Positions 10,290-23,469 of a stretch of 64,000 nucleotides of DNA are shown piece by piece. The notes under the pieces are model-generated. The model was given only the letters and a program-made list of their open reading frames with translations, was not told the DNA's origin and ran no database searches. The stretch comes from Octopus sinensis (Eukaryota). Position 1 is the stretch's first letter, and the number at the start of each line of letters is the position of its first letter. Location: assembly GCF_006345805.1 (NCBI RefSeq), contig NC_043014.1, positions 38,502,001 to 38,566,000 of the forward strand, in the 5' to 3' direction. The position numbers were made by a program, and so were the translations under genes.

Positions 10290-10425
10290 CTCAAATTACT
10301 TATATACATATATCCGTCATATACTCGGATCTATATATCCGTCATATACTTATATACATATATCCGTCATATACTCGGATCTATATATCCGTCATATACT
10401 TATATACATATATCCGTCATATACT
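10290..10425. repeat. Minisatellite of TATATCCGTCATATACT-containing units
   Basis: Alternating TATATACATATATCCGTCATATACT and CGGATCTATATATCCGTCATATACT units. Confidence 0.85.
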
Positions 10426-10705
10426 TCTTGCCGGTTTTGTTGCTTGCTTTTTGCTCATGAATTACGATAGTCTGTATATACTTATACAGACATACGAAAA
10501 GCACCTGCATGGTTTAGTGTGTGTGTGTGTGTGTGTACGCTGATGATGCAGAGCGTGTACGTGTGTTTGTGTGTGTGTATGTGTACGCTGATGATGCAGG
10601 GTGTGTACGTGTATATGTGTGTGTGTGTGTGAGTGTGTCTGTTCGAAACGATTGTTGTTTTACTCAAGCACCAAACTGAACAAAAAAACACAAGGGTACT
10701 ACTCG

Positions 10706-10925
10706 AGAACAGTGGTCCCGGTGCGCGCACTGGCGTAGTCGCGCATCCGCGCTAGCTAGTCGTGACTAGTCGATCCCACAATGACTACCTAGCAAAGTAA
10801 ATAAAACACAAAATAAATAATTTTTTTACACAAAGTAAATAGTTTTTGTTAAACAAAGTAAATAAAATACAAAGTAAGGATCGACTAGTCATGACTAGCT
10901 AGCGCGAGTACGGGACCACTGTTCT
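10706..10925. mobile_element. MITE, same family as 9949-10137
   Basis: AGAACAGTGGTCCCG...GGGACCACTGTTCT termini with a different AT-rich spacer. Confidence 0.85.
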
Positions 10926-11370
10926 TAAGCACTACCAAATACAAGATTCTAATTACTAGACTGGTTTGTTCATATACACACACTGATACATAGGGCGGAT
11001 TTTGAACCGTTAAAAAATTGACAGTTTCGGAATAGCTTACTCATTTAGGCTGGATCTCCTCCGTTTTGACAGATTTAAAATTTTTTGTTTTTATCACGCA
11101 CTTCAAAATGATTCTGAAAAAGTTTCCAAAAATCTTTGTAAAAGTTTTTTTTTTTTAAATTTCATAACATTCCTGTACTTACGGTTAGGGTTTTAGGGTT
11201 AGTGTTGGGGAAAAAAGTCAAAATTGAAGAGGTTGGTGGGGGCAAGGGGAGGAAAAATTTTACAATGTCAATTTTGGGCAATTTTCCGGAACCTCCGGAA
11301 TGTCAGGCTCATAATCATGAGGTAGTGAGTTCAATTCCCAATCCGGGCTGTGTTGTGTTCTTGAGCAAGA

Positions 11371-11720
11371 CACTTTATTTTACGTTGCTCCAGTTAAATG
11401 GTTTGTGAAGGTGCATAGCTCAGAGGTTAGAGCATCAGGTTCACAATCATGAGGTAGTGAGTTCGATTCCCAGACCAGGCTATGTTGTGTTCTTGAGCAA
11501 GACATTGCTCCAGTTCACTCAGCTGTAGAAATGCAATATCACTTGTGCCAAGCTGTATCAGTCTTTGCCTTTCCCTTGGATAACTTCGGTGGCATGGAGA
11601 GGGGAATCTGATGTGCATGGGAAACTATTGGTCTTCCATAAACAGCCTTGCCCAGATTTGTGCCTTGGAGGGGAACTTTCTAGATGCAATCCCATGATTG
11701 CTCATGAACAATGGGGGTTT
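11371..11720 (+). mobile_element. tRNA-derived SINE, family C (partly duplicated head)
   Basis: Head GCTCAGAGGTTAGAGC...GAGTTCGATTCCC and core TTGTGTTCTTGAGCAAGACAC...TCACTCAGCTGT. An inverted copy lies at ~41560-41895. Confidence 0.75.
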
Positions 11721-13004
11721 TTATTTGTTACTCTAGTTTAAGAAACCTTTCCAGGACTAATGAAATGGATGTGGTTGATGTTCTTTTTAGACTTCTGTTT
11801 GTCCATGCTAAGAGGATAAATGTAGGGCAGGACTCTGGACTTTCCAAGGATGTTACAGCTAGGGCAGAACTGTGACTTAATTGAAGTGTTTAACATGAGA
11901 TCTAAGGAGTGACACAGTAGGCTTAATAACTGAAGGGGAGCAAGGTATACCAGGTACGGCTTAGGTCGAGATTACTTGTACTTGTACTTGTGGCGACATT
12001 CACCCTGGGCGGGTTGAGTCGGCTTCTTCTACTCATGGAAGAAGTTTCGTGGGAATATGTGGATTTCACAAGCGGTCCCCAACAATCCCGCATGTGGAGA
12101 CATTCTGTTTGTCACAGATTGTCCGCAGACGCAGGGACAGAACGACTGCGGAGCCGTCGGTTCCCAAAGCAGACACTCCGAGGATTTTCACCAGAGCCCC
12201 ATCTGCCGGGTTGTGGCCCTAATACCACTCGGTGTCAGACCAATCCGCCTTGGGTGGCCCTACCTGGAACCGAAGTTCCCAGCAGCATAGCTCTGACACT
12301 ACCCGTTGCCAGCGTCCCCACCACGGTGAGGAGAGGATGGACTTTGGGAGATTCCATGCAGCTGGCTAGTTTATAGCCCATCCTAAGAATGATTGTATAG
12401 TGATGGTAGAAAAGCAGAGGGAGAGGAAAAAGTACTCACTAACACATTACTACCCCTCTTTCTTTTCATGGAAGAGATGATAGCATGCTGGTGAGTTGAG
12501 AGAGAATTAGCTGCTATTTCTAGCCAATCGAGTGACTAGGTAAAAGCTCCTATCTATTATCATCAGCATAGTATAGTATGTAGTTAAATATTCTTTGAAG
12601 GAACATTTGGTAAAGGAGGCATGACCAAACATTGAAGTATGCCATGGTTGTAGAATGCTTGTCCAAAAAGGACCCAGTCAGTGCATGTTCAACTGGAGCA
12701 GTCATCATCATCATCATCACCACCACATGGTTTGGAGTTCAGTCCCATTGCATGATACTTTGCGCACTTAGCCCTGGGCCTACTAAAGATCTTTTGAGTG
12801 GATTTGGTAGACAGAACTGGAAAACACAAAATAAATGATTCACATGCACTCAAGCAAACTGCATCCTCAACTTGTTTAATTTGCCAAAAGGTTTGCAAGG
12901 TACCAGCTGACCTCAAGAGATACATGAGTGTCCTTAGAACATGATTACTGCCTTATTTTACTGAACTCTCAATTGTCATTCACAACGAAAGAATTTATCA
13001 GGTG

Positions 13005-13362
13005 GCAAGCTGGCAGAATTGTTAGCATGCCAGGCAAAATGCTTAGTGGTATTTCGTCTGCCATTACGTTCTGAGTTCAAATTCCGCCAAGGTCAACTTT
13101 GCCTTTCATCCTCTCGGGGTCGACTTAATACCTATGTCTGTCCTTGTTTGTCCCCTCTGTGTGTAGCCCCTTGTGGGTAATAAAGAAATAGGTATTTCGT
13201 CTGCCATTACGTTCTGAGTTCAAATTCCGCCAAGGTCAACTTTGCCTTTCATCCTTTCGGGGTCGATAAATTAAGTACCAGTTATGTAATCGACTTAATC
13301 CCCTTGTCTGTCCTTGTTTGTTCCCTCTATGTTTAGCCCCTTGTGGGCAATAAAGAAATAAG
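13005..13362 (+). mobile_element. SINE family B, dimeric
   Basis: GCTGGCAGAATTGTTAGCATGCC head plus a repeated body ending GGGCAATAAAGAAATA. Confidence 0.8.
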
Positions 13363-13661
13363 AATTTATCATGTGTGTGAGTGTGTGTTTTTTTTTTACA
13401 GAAAATAAAGTTAATTTCAAATGCAAGGAAACTGAAAACAGCCTAAAAATTAGGTAAACACCCCTAGAATACAGCAAAAAGTTACCAGCTGGCAGTTACA
13501 GAGAATCAAACCCTGTTCCTCAATTTTCTCTGGCCACCTGCTGGCAGCTTTTTCCATCTTCTAGGCTGTTTTCTCAAATATCCCCATATTCAAAATTTAC
13601 TTTATTTTCTGTGATATAGTAAGCCATTCAACACTTCTTAGTTTTTTTTATAAAAAAATAT

Positions 13662-14164
13662 AGGAGTGGCTGTGTAGTAAATAACTTCCTTATGAACCAC
13701 ATGGTTCCACGTGGCACCTTGGGCAAGTGTCTTCTACTATAGCCTCAGGTCGACCAAAGCCTTCTGATTGGATTTGGTAGACAGAAACTCAAAGAAGCCC
13801 GTCGTATATATGTATATATATATATATATAATATATATATATATACATATATATAAAGTTAATCCAAACAAAAAGACAACAACGCGAGGATGTGGAACAA
13901 ATAAAGTATTATTGGACGCTAAGGGAAGAAGAGATATATATATATTATATTATACATATATATATGTATGTGTGTGTATATGTTTGTGTGTCTATGTTTG
14001 TCCCCCTAACATCGCTTGACAACCAATGTTGGTGTGTTTACGTCCCTGTAACTTAGCGGTTTGGCAAAAGAGACCAATAGAATAAGTCTTGGGGTCGATT
14101 TGCTTGACTAAAGGCGATGCTCCAGCATGGCAACAGTCAAATGACTGAAACAAGTAAAAGAGTA
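13662..14164 (+). mobile_element. SINE family A with a Penelope-type fragment nested in its (TA)n tract
   Basis: Family A head and tail. About 80 bp of unrelated sequence (~13855-13935) interrupts the internal TA microsatellite. Confidence 0.75.
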
Positions 14165-16019
14165 TATATTTGGAAAAGGGATGCTTGTGTCTCCTTGTTT
14201 TAGCATCGCATGATAGTTGTAAATGGGTGCCATCTCCTTACAATCAGTGTAAAATCATTGAGTTATGCCAGAGTTGATAGGATGTTTGTCCAAAGAGGAC
14301 CTAGTCAGTGCATATTCTCCTGAAACAGACATCATTATCATCGTATCACATGATAGTTGTAAATGAACGTCACCATCATACAAGTGGTATTCCTTATTTC
14401 CTGTCTTCGTTGGAAACATATCTGGTCATGGGGGAAATACTATGCTACTTTGTTTTGTAAATGGGTGAGGATTGGTGACAGGAAGGGCATCCAACCATAG
14501 AAAAATCTACTTCAAACAAAATCCATATGCAGTCACCCATGCATACCAGCCTCCCCTGCTCTCCATGCCACTAATGTTGTTCAAAGGAAAGGTAAAGGTT
14601 AATATAGCTTGGCACCAGTTGCATCATAACTCATTTCTGCCGTCCAAGAATTTGGACCGGGAGATCTCCATTTCCAGCGACTTCGAGGGCCACCTGCTAG
14701 TGGTGTCGGGCGCCAATGAAGAGCCCTTGACTACAACAAGATGACCGAAGTTTTTTTTTTTTCCAATGTCTGGGGTCTCCTGCCCCTAAGCCCTAGACCA
14801 TCACCTAATCACCCTTACCCGTCTTGTTGCTTAACAACAACAACAATAACTCATTTCTACAGATGAGTGAACTGGAGCAACGTGAAATAAAGTGTCTTGC
14901 TCAAGACCACAACACAGACCAGTCCAGGAATTGAACTCACTACTTTGTGATTGTGATCCCAACAGTCTAACCTCTGAGCCACGTTTTAAATTTTGGCACA
15001 AGGCCAGCAATGTTAAGGAAAGTGAGATTAGTTGATCATATTAACTCTGGCACTTGACCGGTGCTTTATTTTATTGAACCTGTAAAAGACAAAAGGCAAT
15101 CCTAGCCAGGATTTGAACTCAGAACACGAAAAGCCAGAAGAAATGCTACAAAGCATTTTGTCTGAAGACACTCACCCAAAGTGCTATGCTGTAGGGACTG
15201 AACCTGAAACCATGTGGTTAGGAGTCAAACGTCCTAACCACATGTCTTTTTTTGCTGCGAAATACACATTAAAACACTACCTGTGAGAGACAAGAACACC
15301 TGTCCTATAAGCTGGCTGTTTTATTCTTTCAGTTATGTCACCTCTTCAGAAAGAGGAAAGGAAAGGCGGAGTGTGTCATTCATACACATAGAGAGGGAGT
15401 AAATTCCAGATTAAAGCCAGACTTCATGAGTCATATTGTTCATGGAGACATTTGCTAATTACTTCATTAATTGCATTAATTAGTATAAACGAATAAAACA
15501 GCAAAAAATGTTTAATTCTAATATAAGAGAACAGAAATCAATACACAACATACTAGCATCTACATTTTACATTATCTGGTATTCCATCGGTTCCAATGAC
15601 GAGGGTGGGGTTCAATTTGATCCAATCAATAGAACCGCCTGTTCATGAAATTAGCATACATGTGACTGAGTAACCCACAGACACACGGACCTTTAATGTA
15701 GTTCTCAGGGAGATTCAGCATGACGAAGAATGTGGCAAGGCTGAACCATTGAATTACAGGTACAATTCGTTATGCATTAAAGCATACAGATATAGACAGA
15801 TAGACACACACACACGCACACACACACATATTCCTTTCAAGAGTCAAATAAAATGCTACTTAAGTACAGTGGTTGATGATAGTGACTAAGTCTGACCCCC
15901 CACACTCCACCCCAAAAAAATTGCTTACCTTGTTTGTAACTAAATACCTAAATTTGGAGCCATTGTCTGTCTGTCCAATCAGAGCTGACCTGGGGTTAAA
16001 CAACTTATACACACACATG

Positions 16020-16700
16020 TACATGAATTCATGCATACACACACACACACACACACACATACATACATAAATTCAAGCACACTCACACACACACAAATCC
16101 AAGTTCACTCACATAAATTCATATATGTACACACACATACACGTACATTCACACACACACATGTACACACAAATTTATATACACACACACGCACATGTAC
16201 ACCCACACACACATGTACACTCACACACACATAAATTCAAACACACACAAATTCATACACACATACCCACATGTACATTCACACACACATAAATTCAAGC
16301 ACACTCACACACATACACATAAATTCATAGACACACACACAAATCCAAGTTCACTCACACATAAATTCATATACGTACACATACACACACATGTACACAC
16401 AAATTCATATACACACACACACACATGCACACTCACACACACATAAATTCAAACACACACAAATTCATACACACATACCCACATGTACATTCACACACAC
16501 ACAAATCCAAGTTCACTCACACATAAATTCATATACGTACACATACACACACGTGTACACACAAATTCATATACACACACACGCACATGTACACCCACAC
16601 ACACATGCACACTCACACACACATAAATTCAAACACACACAAATTCACACACACACATACACATGTACATTCACACATACACACACACACACCTTCACAC
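16020..16700. repeat. CA-rich minisatellite with higher-order structure
   Basis: Recurring ACACATAAATTCA, ACACATGTACA and AAATCCAAGTTCACTC modules. Confidence 0.9.
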
Positions 16701-17019
16701 ACATTGCGATATGCATTGTAAAGACAACCACACAGCTTTCTTCCAAAGCATTATCTCTCCAACTGCTTTGTTACATAAACTATTTCCACCCTAGCCTGTT
16801 CTATATATAACCATTACAATGCACATTGAGCTTCAGGCTGAACGTAAGTCACACAGAAAAACCTGTCTTAGAAAACACTGAAAGACCAGCCAGGTCTAGT
16901 TATTTGCCAAGATAATAGAGGTGGAAGCGTGGGTTGGATTTTCTTGAAATATTTGGCTGTCAGTTTTTTGTAAAAGAATTATTTATATTTCTTGATTCCT
17001 TTGTGTGTGTGTGTGTGAG

Positions 17020-17720
17020 TGTAGGTGTGTGTTTTCAGGTATGTGTACCTCTACATGATTATGTATTTACCTGAGAATATACATCCATGTGTATGTGTGT
17101 TTTCAGGTATGTGTACCTCTACTTGATTATGTATTTACCTGAGAATATACATCCATGTGTATGTGTGTTTTCAGGTGTGTGTACCTCTACATGATTATGT
17201 ATTTACCTGAGAATATACATCCATGTGTATGTGTGTTTTCAGGTGTGTGTACCTCTACATGATTATGTATTTACCTGAGAATATACATCCATGTGTATGT
17301 GTGTGTACCTCTACATGATTATGTATTTACCTGAGAATATACATCCATGTGTATGTGTGTTTTCAGGTGTGTGTACCTCTACATGATTATGTATTTACCT
17401 GAGAATATACATCCATGTGTATGTGTGTTTTCAGGTATGTGTACCTCTACTTGATTATGTATTTACTTGAGAATATATATCCATGTGTATGTGTGTTTTC
17501 AGGTGTGTGTACCTCTATATGATTATGTATTTACCTGAGAATATACATCTGTGTGTGTTTCCAAGCATGTGTACCTCTACATGATTATGTATTTACCTGG
17601 GAATATACATCCGTGTGTGTATGTGTGCACGTGTGTGTGTGTGTGTGTGTGTGTATGTTTTCAGGCATGTGTACCTCTACATGATTATTTATGTACCTGA
17701 GAATATACATCCGTATGTGT
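17020..17720. repeat. ~62-bp minisatellite, about 10 copies
   Basis: Unit GTGTGTTTTCAGGT(A/G)TGTGTACCTCTACATGATTATGTATTTACCTGAGAATATACATCCATGTGTAT. Confidence 0.93.
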
Positions 17721-18496
17721 GTGTGTATACGTGTATCTGTGGATGTACATCAATGTATACATGTGTGTGTGTGTGTGTATTGCTGTATGAGTGTGCTGTA
17801 GATATACATCCACATGTATATATGTATGTATCCATGTGTGTGTGTATCCATGTATGTGTATCTATGTATGAGTATATACTTGTGGATCCATCTGTGTGTA
17901 TTATCTGTGAGTATATGTGTCTGAGAATATACATACATGTGTGTGTGTCCATATGTGTCTCTGTGTGAGTGCCTGTACCTATGAATATACATCCTATACT
18001 TCCATGTGTGTGTGTGTGTGTGTGTTTGTTTGTTCATTAGTCACCAGAATACAACAGCAATTAATAAACTGGGTTCCAGCATGGTCTTGCAGTTAAGAAG
18101 TTCATTTCAATACTTTATTTTATCAACCCTGAAATGATAAAATGCAAAGTTGACCTCAGTGGGATTTGAACTCTGAGTGTAAAGATCTCTAAGGAAAGTG
18201 CTTAGAGGAAATACCTCTAAGCACTTTGTCTAATGCATTAATGATTTTGCCAGCTTGCCACCTTTGGGTGCTAAATAATGACGACTGATGATAACTGCTA
18301 TAAATTAATTTTCGCATTTGAATTCATGAAATTATTTTTTTAATATATATATTTTTTTTTAGGTGAGGTCTGATTTGTACTTAAAAGGTACTTTCATATG
18401 AAGCTCATCTGCATTTTTGTGTTATAAAACAAAATACAGTAATGAGAAAGTTTATCCCTAAAATCATCTGAAATTCCAGATAAACTAAGAAAATTA

Positions 18497-18532
<36 letters not shown>

Positions 18533-18534
<2 letters not shown>

Positions 18535-19403
18535 AGCCCCCTGCCCATTTCAAAGTACCCTGGATCCCGGATCGTCTCGCTGTGCTTGAGGAGACCTGTT
18601 GAGTCAAGTACATGAACATGAACATCGAAATGAACATGAGCATCGAAATAAATATAAATATCAATGGAAATAGTAGTTGTGATACCTGTGCCGGTGGCAC
18701 ATAAAAAGCACCATCCGAACGTGGCCGATGCCAGCACCGCCCCGACTGGCTTCTGTGCCGGTGGCACATAAAAAGCACCATCCGAACGTGGCCGATGCCA
18801 GCACCGCCCCGACTGGCTTCTGTGCCGGTGGCACATAAAAAGCACCAACCGATCGTGGGATCCCGGAACATCTCGCTGTGCTTGAGGAGACCTGTTGAGT
18901 CAAGTGCATGTACATGAACATCGAACCAAATATCAATGGAAACAGTAGCTGTGATACCTGTGCCGGTGACACATAAAAAGCACCATCCGAACGTGACCGT
19001 TGCCAGTGCAGCCTCCACTGGCTTCTGTGCCGGTGGCACATAAAATGCACCATCCGATGCCAACCCCGCCTTGAATGGCTTCTGTGCCGGTGGCACATAT
19101 AAAGCACCATCCGAACGTGGCCGATGCCAGCGCCGCCTTGACTGGCTTCTGTGCCGGTGGTACATAAAAAGGCACCAACCAATCGTGGCCGATGCCAGAC
19201 CCCTCTGGCACCTGTGCAGGTGGCACGTAAAAAGCACCCACTACACTCGCGGAGTGGTTGGCGTTAGGAAGGGCATCCAGTTGTAGAAACACTGCCAGAT
19301 CAGACTGGAGCCTGGGGCAGCCCCTGGCTCCCCAGACCCCGGTCGAACCGTCCAACCCATGCTAGCGCGGAAAACGGACGTTAAACGATGATGATGATGA
19401 TGA
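18533..19403 (+). mobile_element. Family E retroposon with internal ~65-bp tandem repeats and a (GAT)n tail
   Basis: Repeated GTGCCGGTGGCACATAAAAAGCACCATCCGAACGTGGCCGATGCCAG units, then GGAGTGGTTGGCGTTAGGAAGGGCATCCAG...CGTTAAACGATGATGAT. Further copies at ~21670-21900(-), 40760-41097, 42960-43450, 49385-49790(-), 53515-53905 and 58345-58805. Confidence 0.8.
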
Positions 19404-19424
19404 TATATGTTTTGTTTTTATCTT

Positions 19425-19507
19425 GGACCTGAAGAGTGACTATATTTAAATTGAATTGATTTTACTGTTATCAGTTTGAAAATATACCCACGAAACACGT
19501 GTAGTCT
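19425..19507 (+). ncRNA. Minimal type-I hammerhead ribozyme motif with a palindromic loop III
   Basis: GGAC-CTGAAGA-GTG[long stem II]CAC-GAAA-C ACGT G-TA-GTCT, with the GUA cleavage triplet at 19501-19503. It heads a Penelope-type terminal fragment (~19405-19665). Confidence 0.72.
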
Positions 19508-19665
19508 TTTTACCAATTATATACTTTTTATTTATTATTTTGTACTTTACTTAATTATTGGTATATGTTTTATCATATATTTAATTTTTTTCTATATGGT
19601 ATAATTTAATTATATCGTTATTTCATTGTTGAATTGCTAAAAGGTGGTTCTTCTCTAATTTATAT

Positions 19666-19715
<50 letters not shown>

Positions 19716-19774
19716 CAGGGAATACCCAAAAGAAAATGAAATTTTGCAATATTATTTTATTCACTTAGTCTTAC

Positions 19775-20340
19775 ATGTTTACACTTTTATTGCCTTCGAA
19801 GTATTCTCCATTTGAAGCAGTGCATCAGTCCAGATGAGTGCTAGAACTCTTCCAAAATGATGTCTTTTAATGCCTTCATCATTTTTTTTCTTCACACCTT
19901 CCACATCTGCAAATTCCATAGCACCAGCTTTTATCACCAGTGATGACCTTCGAGGAAAGGTACAGATCAATTCAAGAAAAGGTTCACGGCCCGCATTCAG
20001 TCATGACTGCTTTTGATCTTTCATAAAGCAAGCGAGGCACAAATTTTGCTGCAACTCTTTTCATTCGCAGTTCCTCAGTCAAAATTTGTTGGCAAGAGCT
20101 CCAGTACACACCAGTTATATCAACAAGTTCATCAATTGTTTGGCGATGGTCCTCCAAGATCAGTTCATGAATTTTCATGATGCTTTCATACATTTGGGAG
20201 GTCGACCGATGCCCTGGACAAGGTTGGTCTTCAAGCGACAAGTGACCATTCCTAAAGCATGGAAACCAAGCGCAGAATAGAATATGTAATTTTTTAAAAC
20301 TCAACAGCTGTTTCAAGGAGCCCAGAATAGCTCTCATTTA
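19775..20340 (-). pseudogene. Degraded, internally deleted mariner transposase
   Basis: LSLEDQPCPGHRSTS...ILTEELRMKRVAAKFVPRLL (HTH/linker) and, in another frame, a C-terminal NGEYFEGNK. Confidence 0.8.
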
Positions 20341-22218
20341 TTGTCTGTATATTCTTGTATTCATTTCAGCCATGTAGTTACAGTCATGCTGGAACACCAC
20401 CATGCACTAAATTTGGTTGAATGTACAAAATAGATCAATTACTAAAAAGAATTTTAAATCTGACCTTCCTTTTACAAGTATGGAACAATAACTTCTGTCT
20501 ATTCATAAAAAGAATTCTAAACATGACCTTCCTTCACAAGTATGAGCTAATAACTTCTGGCTACCTTCATTGTTACTGCTTGTGAAAAGATATTGCCCAC
20601 AAGGTATAAAAGCCAAATTTTTCTCTGATACAATGACACTTAAGAAACACAGTATTTGATAGCATGAAAGACACGTGGGAATGTTTGACATACCCTAATT
20701 TCAGCAACAAATAATCAGGAAAAGGATTTTAGTGCATTAAAGAAGCTTATGGTTGGCTCAATTTCACAAATAGAACTCAGGGTGGTTTTTTTGAGACATT
20801 TTTGGGGGTGAAAAACAAAGCATACCTCATCATCATCATCATGGCCATCATTTAATGTCCATTTTTTATGCTGGCACTGGTTGGATTGTTTGACAAGAGC
20901 TGGCATGCCAGAGGACTGTATTTAGCTCTATTGTCTGTTTTGGCATGGATTCTGTGGCTGGATGTCCTTCATAATGCCAACCACTTTACAGAATCTACTG
21001 AGTAACTTTTTGCATGGCACCTGCACCAGTGGGGTCACCAAGTTAACTTGCAAGACAAAGATCCCTTGACTGGGATAAGAAGTAGTATTTATGGAGGTGG
21101 CTAAAAAGAACAATAGAGGAATAGAGACAGGAGTCTATCATCAAATATGGTATATTTCCCTAGAGGGAAACATAGGGTATATTTCCCTCTAGGAAATAAG
21201 CTGCTAGTTGAGCATTGGGGTCAATGTAATCAACTTATCCCTTCTCCTGAAATTGCTGGTCTTGTGCCAAAATTATAATTATTATTATTATTATTATTAT
21301 TACTATTATTAAGGCAGCACATTGGTAGAATCATTAGCATCCCAGACAAAATGCTTGGTGGTATTTTGTTCATCTTTACGTTCTGAGTTCAAATTCTGCC
21401 GAGGTCAACTTTGCCTTTCATCCTTTCAGGGTCAATAGAATAAGTACCAGTTACACACTGGGGTCAATGTAATTGACTAGTCCGCTCCCACCGAATTTCA
21501 GGCCTTGGGCCTTTAGTAGAAAGGATTATTATAATTATTATTATTATCCTTTCAGGGTTGATAAATTAAGTACCAGTGACACATTGGGGTTGATGTAATC
21601 AACTAGTCCCCTCCCCACAAATTTCAGGCATTGTGCCTTTAATAGAAAGGATTATTATTATAATAATAATCATCATTTAACATCCGTTTTCCATGCTAGC
21701 ATGGATTGGATGGTTTGACCAGGGTCTGGGAAGCCAGGAGGCTGCACCAGGCTCCAGTCTGATCTGGCAGTGTTTCTACAGCTGGATGCCCTTCCTAACG
21801 CCAACCACTCCGTGAGTGTAGTGGGTGCTTTTTACATGCCACCAGCACAGGGACCAGAGGAGGCTGGCAACGACCACGATCAGTTGGTGCTTTTACGTGG
21901 GCGCTGGCATCATCATCATTATTATTATCATTATTATTATTATTAAGGCAGTGAGCTGCCAGAATCATTAGCACGCTGGGTAAAATGCTTAGCAGCATAT
22001 TATCTGTCTTTACATTCTGAGTTCAAATTCCACTGAGGTCAGCTTTGCTTTTATCCTTTCAGTGATGATAAAATAAGTACCAGTACCCCACCTGCCCCGA
22101 AATTGCTGACCATATTGTGTCCCAGTAGTCTCTTGCAAGAGAGTTGAACATGTACGAGATTACACCACCAAACGCATCATAACTACTTTTGTTTCCTTGT
22201 TTATTTGTAGGTCCCACC

Positions 22219-22472
22219 ATGGATTGGAGTTCATTACCAGAACACATCGTTATCCAGATTATGTCAAAGCTTCTTCAACTCAATGACCGTTACCATGCCT
22301 CTTTGACATGCAAAGCTTGGAATAACTGTTTTCACTCTTCGTGCCTCTGGCATACTGTGGTCTTTAAGTTCTTGTCTGAAAGAAATCAATCTCTTCTCGG
22401 CTCCTTAAATAAATATGGACATTTTTTCAAGCATCTAACTGTGGTGTTAGATCAAAGTGAAGAATACAACAG
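22219..22472 (+). CDS. FBXL8: F-box/LRR-repeat protein 8-like, coding exon 1 (F-box)
   Basis: Acceptor TTTGTAG at 22210, Kozak-like CCACCATGG, F-box MDWSSLPEHIVIQIMSKL..DRYHASLTCKAW, and a phase-2 donor AG|GTAAC at 22473. Confidence 0.9.
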
Positions 22473-22581
22473 GTAACAACATCATCATCATCACCACCAC
22501 CACCACCACCATCATCGTCGTAAACAAAAATAAGTCTTAACCAAATGAAAACATGAAGGTTCCTGAAAGGAAGTAGTAGTA

Positions 22582-22599
<18 letters not shown>

Positions 22600-22623
<24 letters not shown>

Positions 22624-23429
22624 CCCTGATGCAGTACCAGGCAGTGGTTCTCATGGCTTCTGATCTTAACTGATTGGAAGTGTTATCAAGTACATTGTTT
22701 TGTCTTGGTATAAAAGATGGCCTACAGCAAATATTCTGCTCAATACCACAGATTTGCTTGTCAGTTGTTTGACCTTAACCAGTTGAGCATGTCCCTTAGT
22801 GGCTGACGATATGTGCATCTCTGATCACGAGCAGAAGTAGTGGGGGAGCATCATAGCCATGTGTTGAGAGGGATTCTTTGGGGTTTGAATAATTCACCTC
22901 TGGAAACATGGGTGTTTCGTTCAACATCCTTAAACAACCCTTACTCAGGGACCTTTTGAGCAGGATGGGTTACTCGACAAGAAGAAAATTCTAACTGGGC
23001 CCCACCTGCAAGGTCATGCGCTGTTTATCTTGATATGAGATCACCATGTCACGCACATATGGTTGTGATGCATGTGCCTGGTGTACCCTTATCAGATGAG
23101 TAGTCATGATGGGTATACTGGGCTTCGTATATTTTACCCCAGTGTCACTTTGATGACATGCACTGCTCTCTCACTCAATGATAATGATAATAATAATAAT
23201 AATAATGATGATGATGATTTCAAATTTTGGCACAAGGTCAGCAATTTCAGGGAAGGGGGTAAATCGATTACTTTCAACCCCAGTATCCAACTGGTACTTA
23301 GTTTATCAACACCAAAAGGTTGAAAAGGGCAAAGTCAAACCTCAGTGGCATTTGAACTCAGAATGTAGACAAACGAAATGCTGCTAAGCATTTTGCCCAG
23401 CATGCTAACAATTCTGCCAGATCACAACC

Positions 23430-23469
<40 letters not shown>

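Noticed and set aside
10535-10600. CTGATGA motifs here and at ~18284 as hammerhead cores
   Set aside because: No downstream stem II, GAAA or stem I complement.
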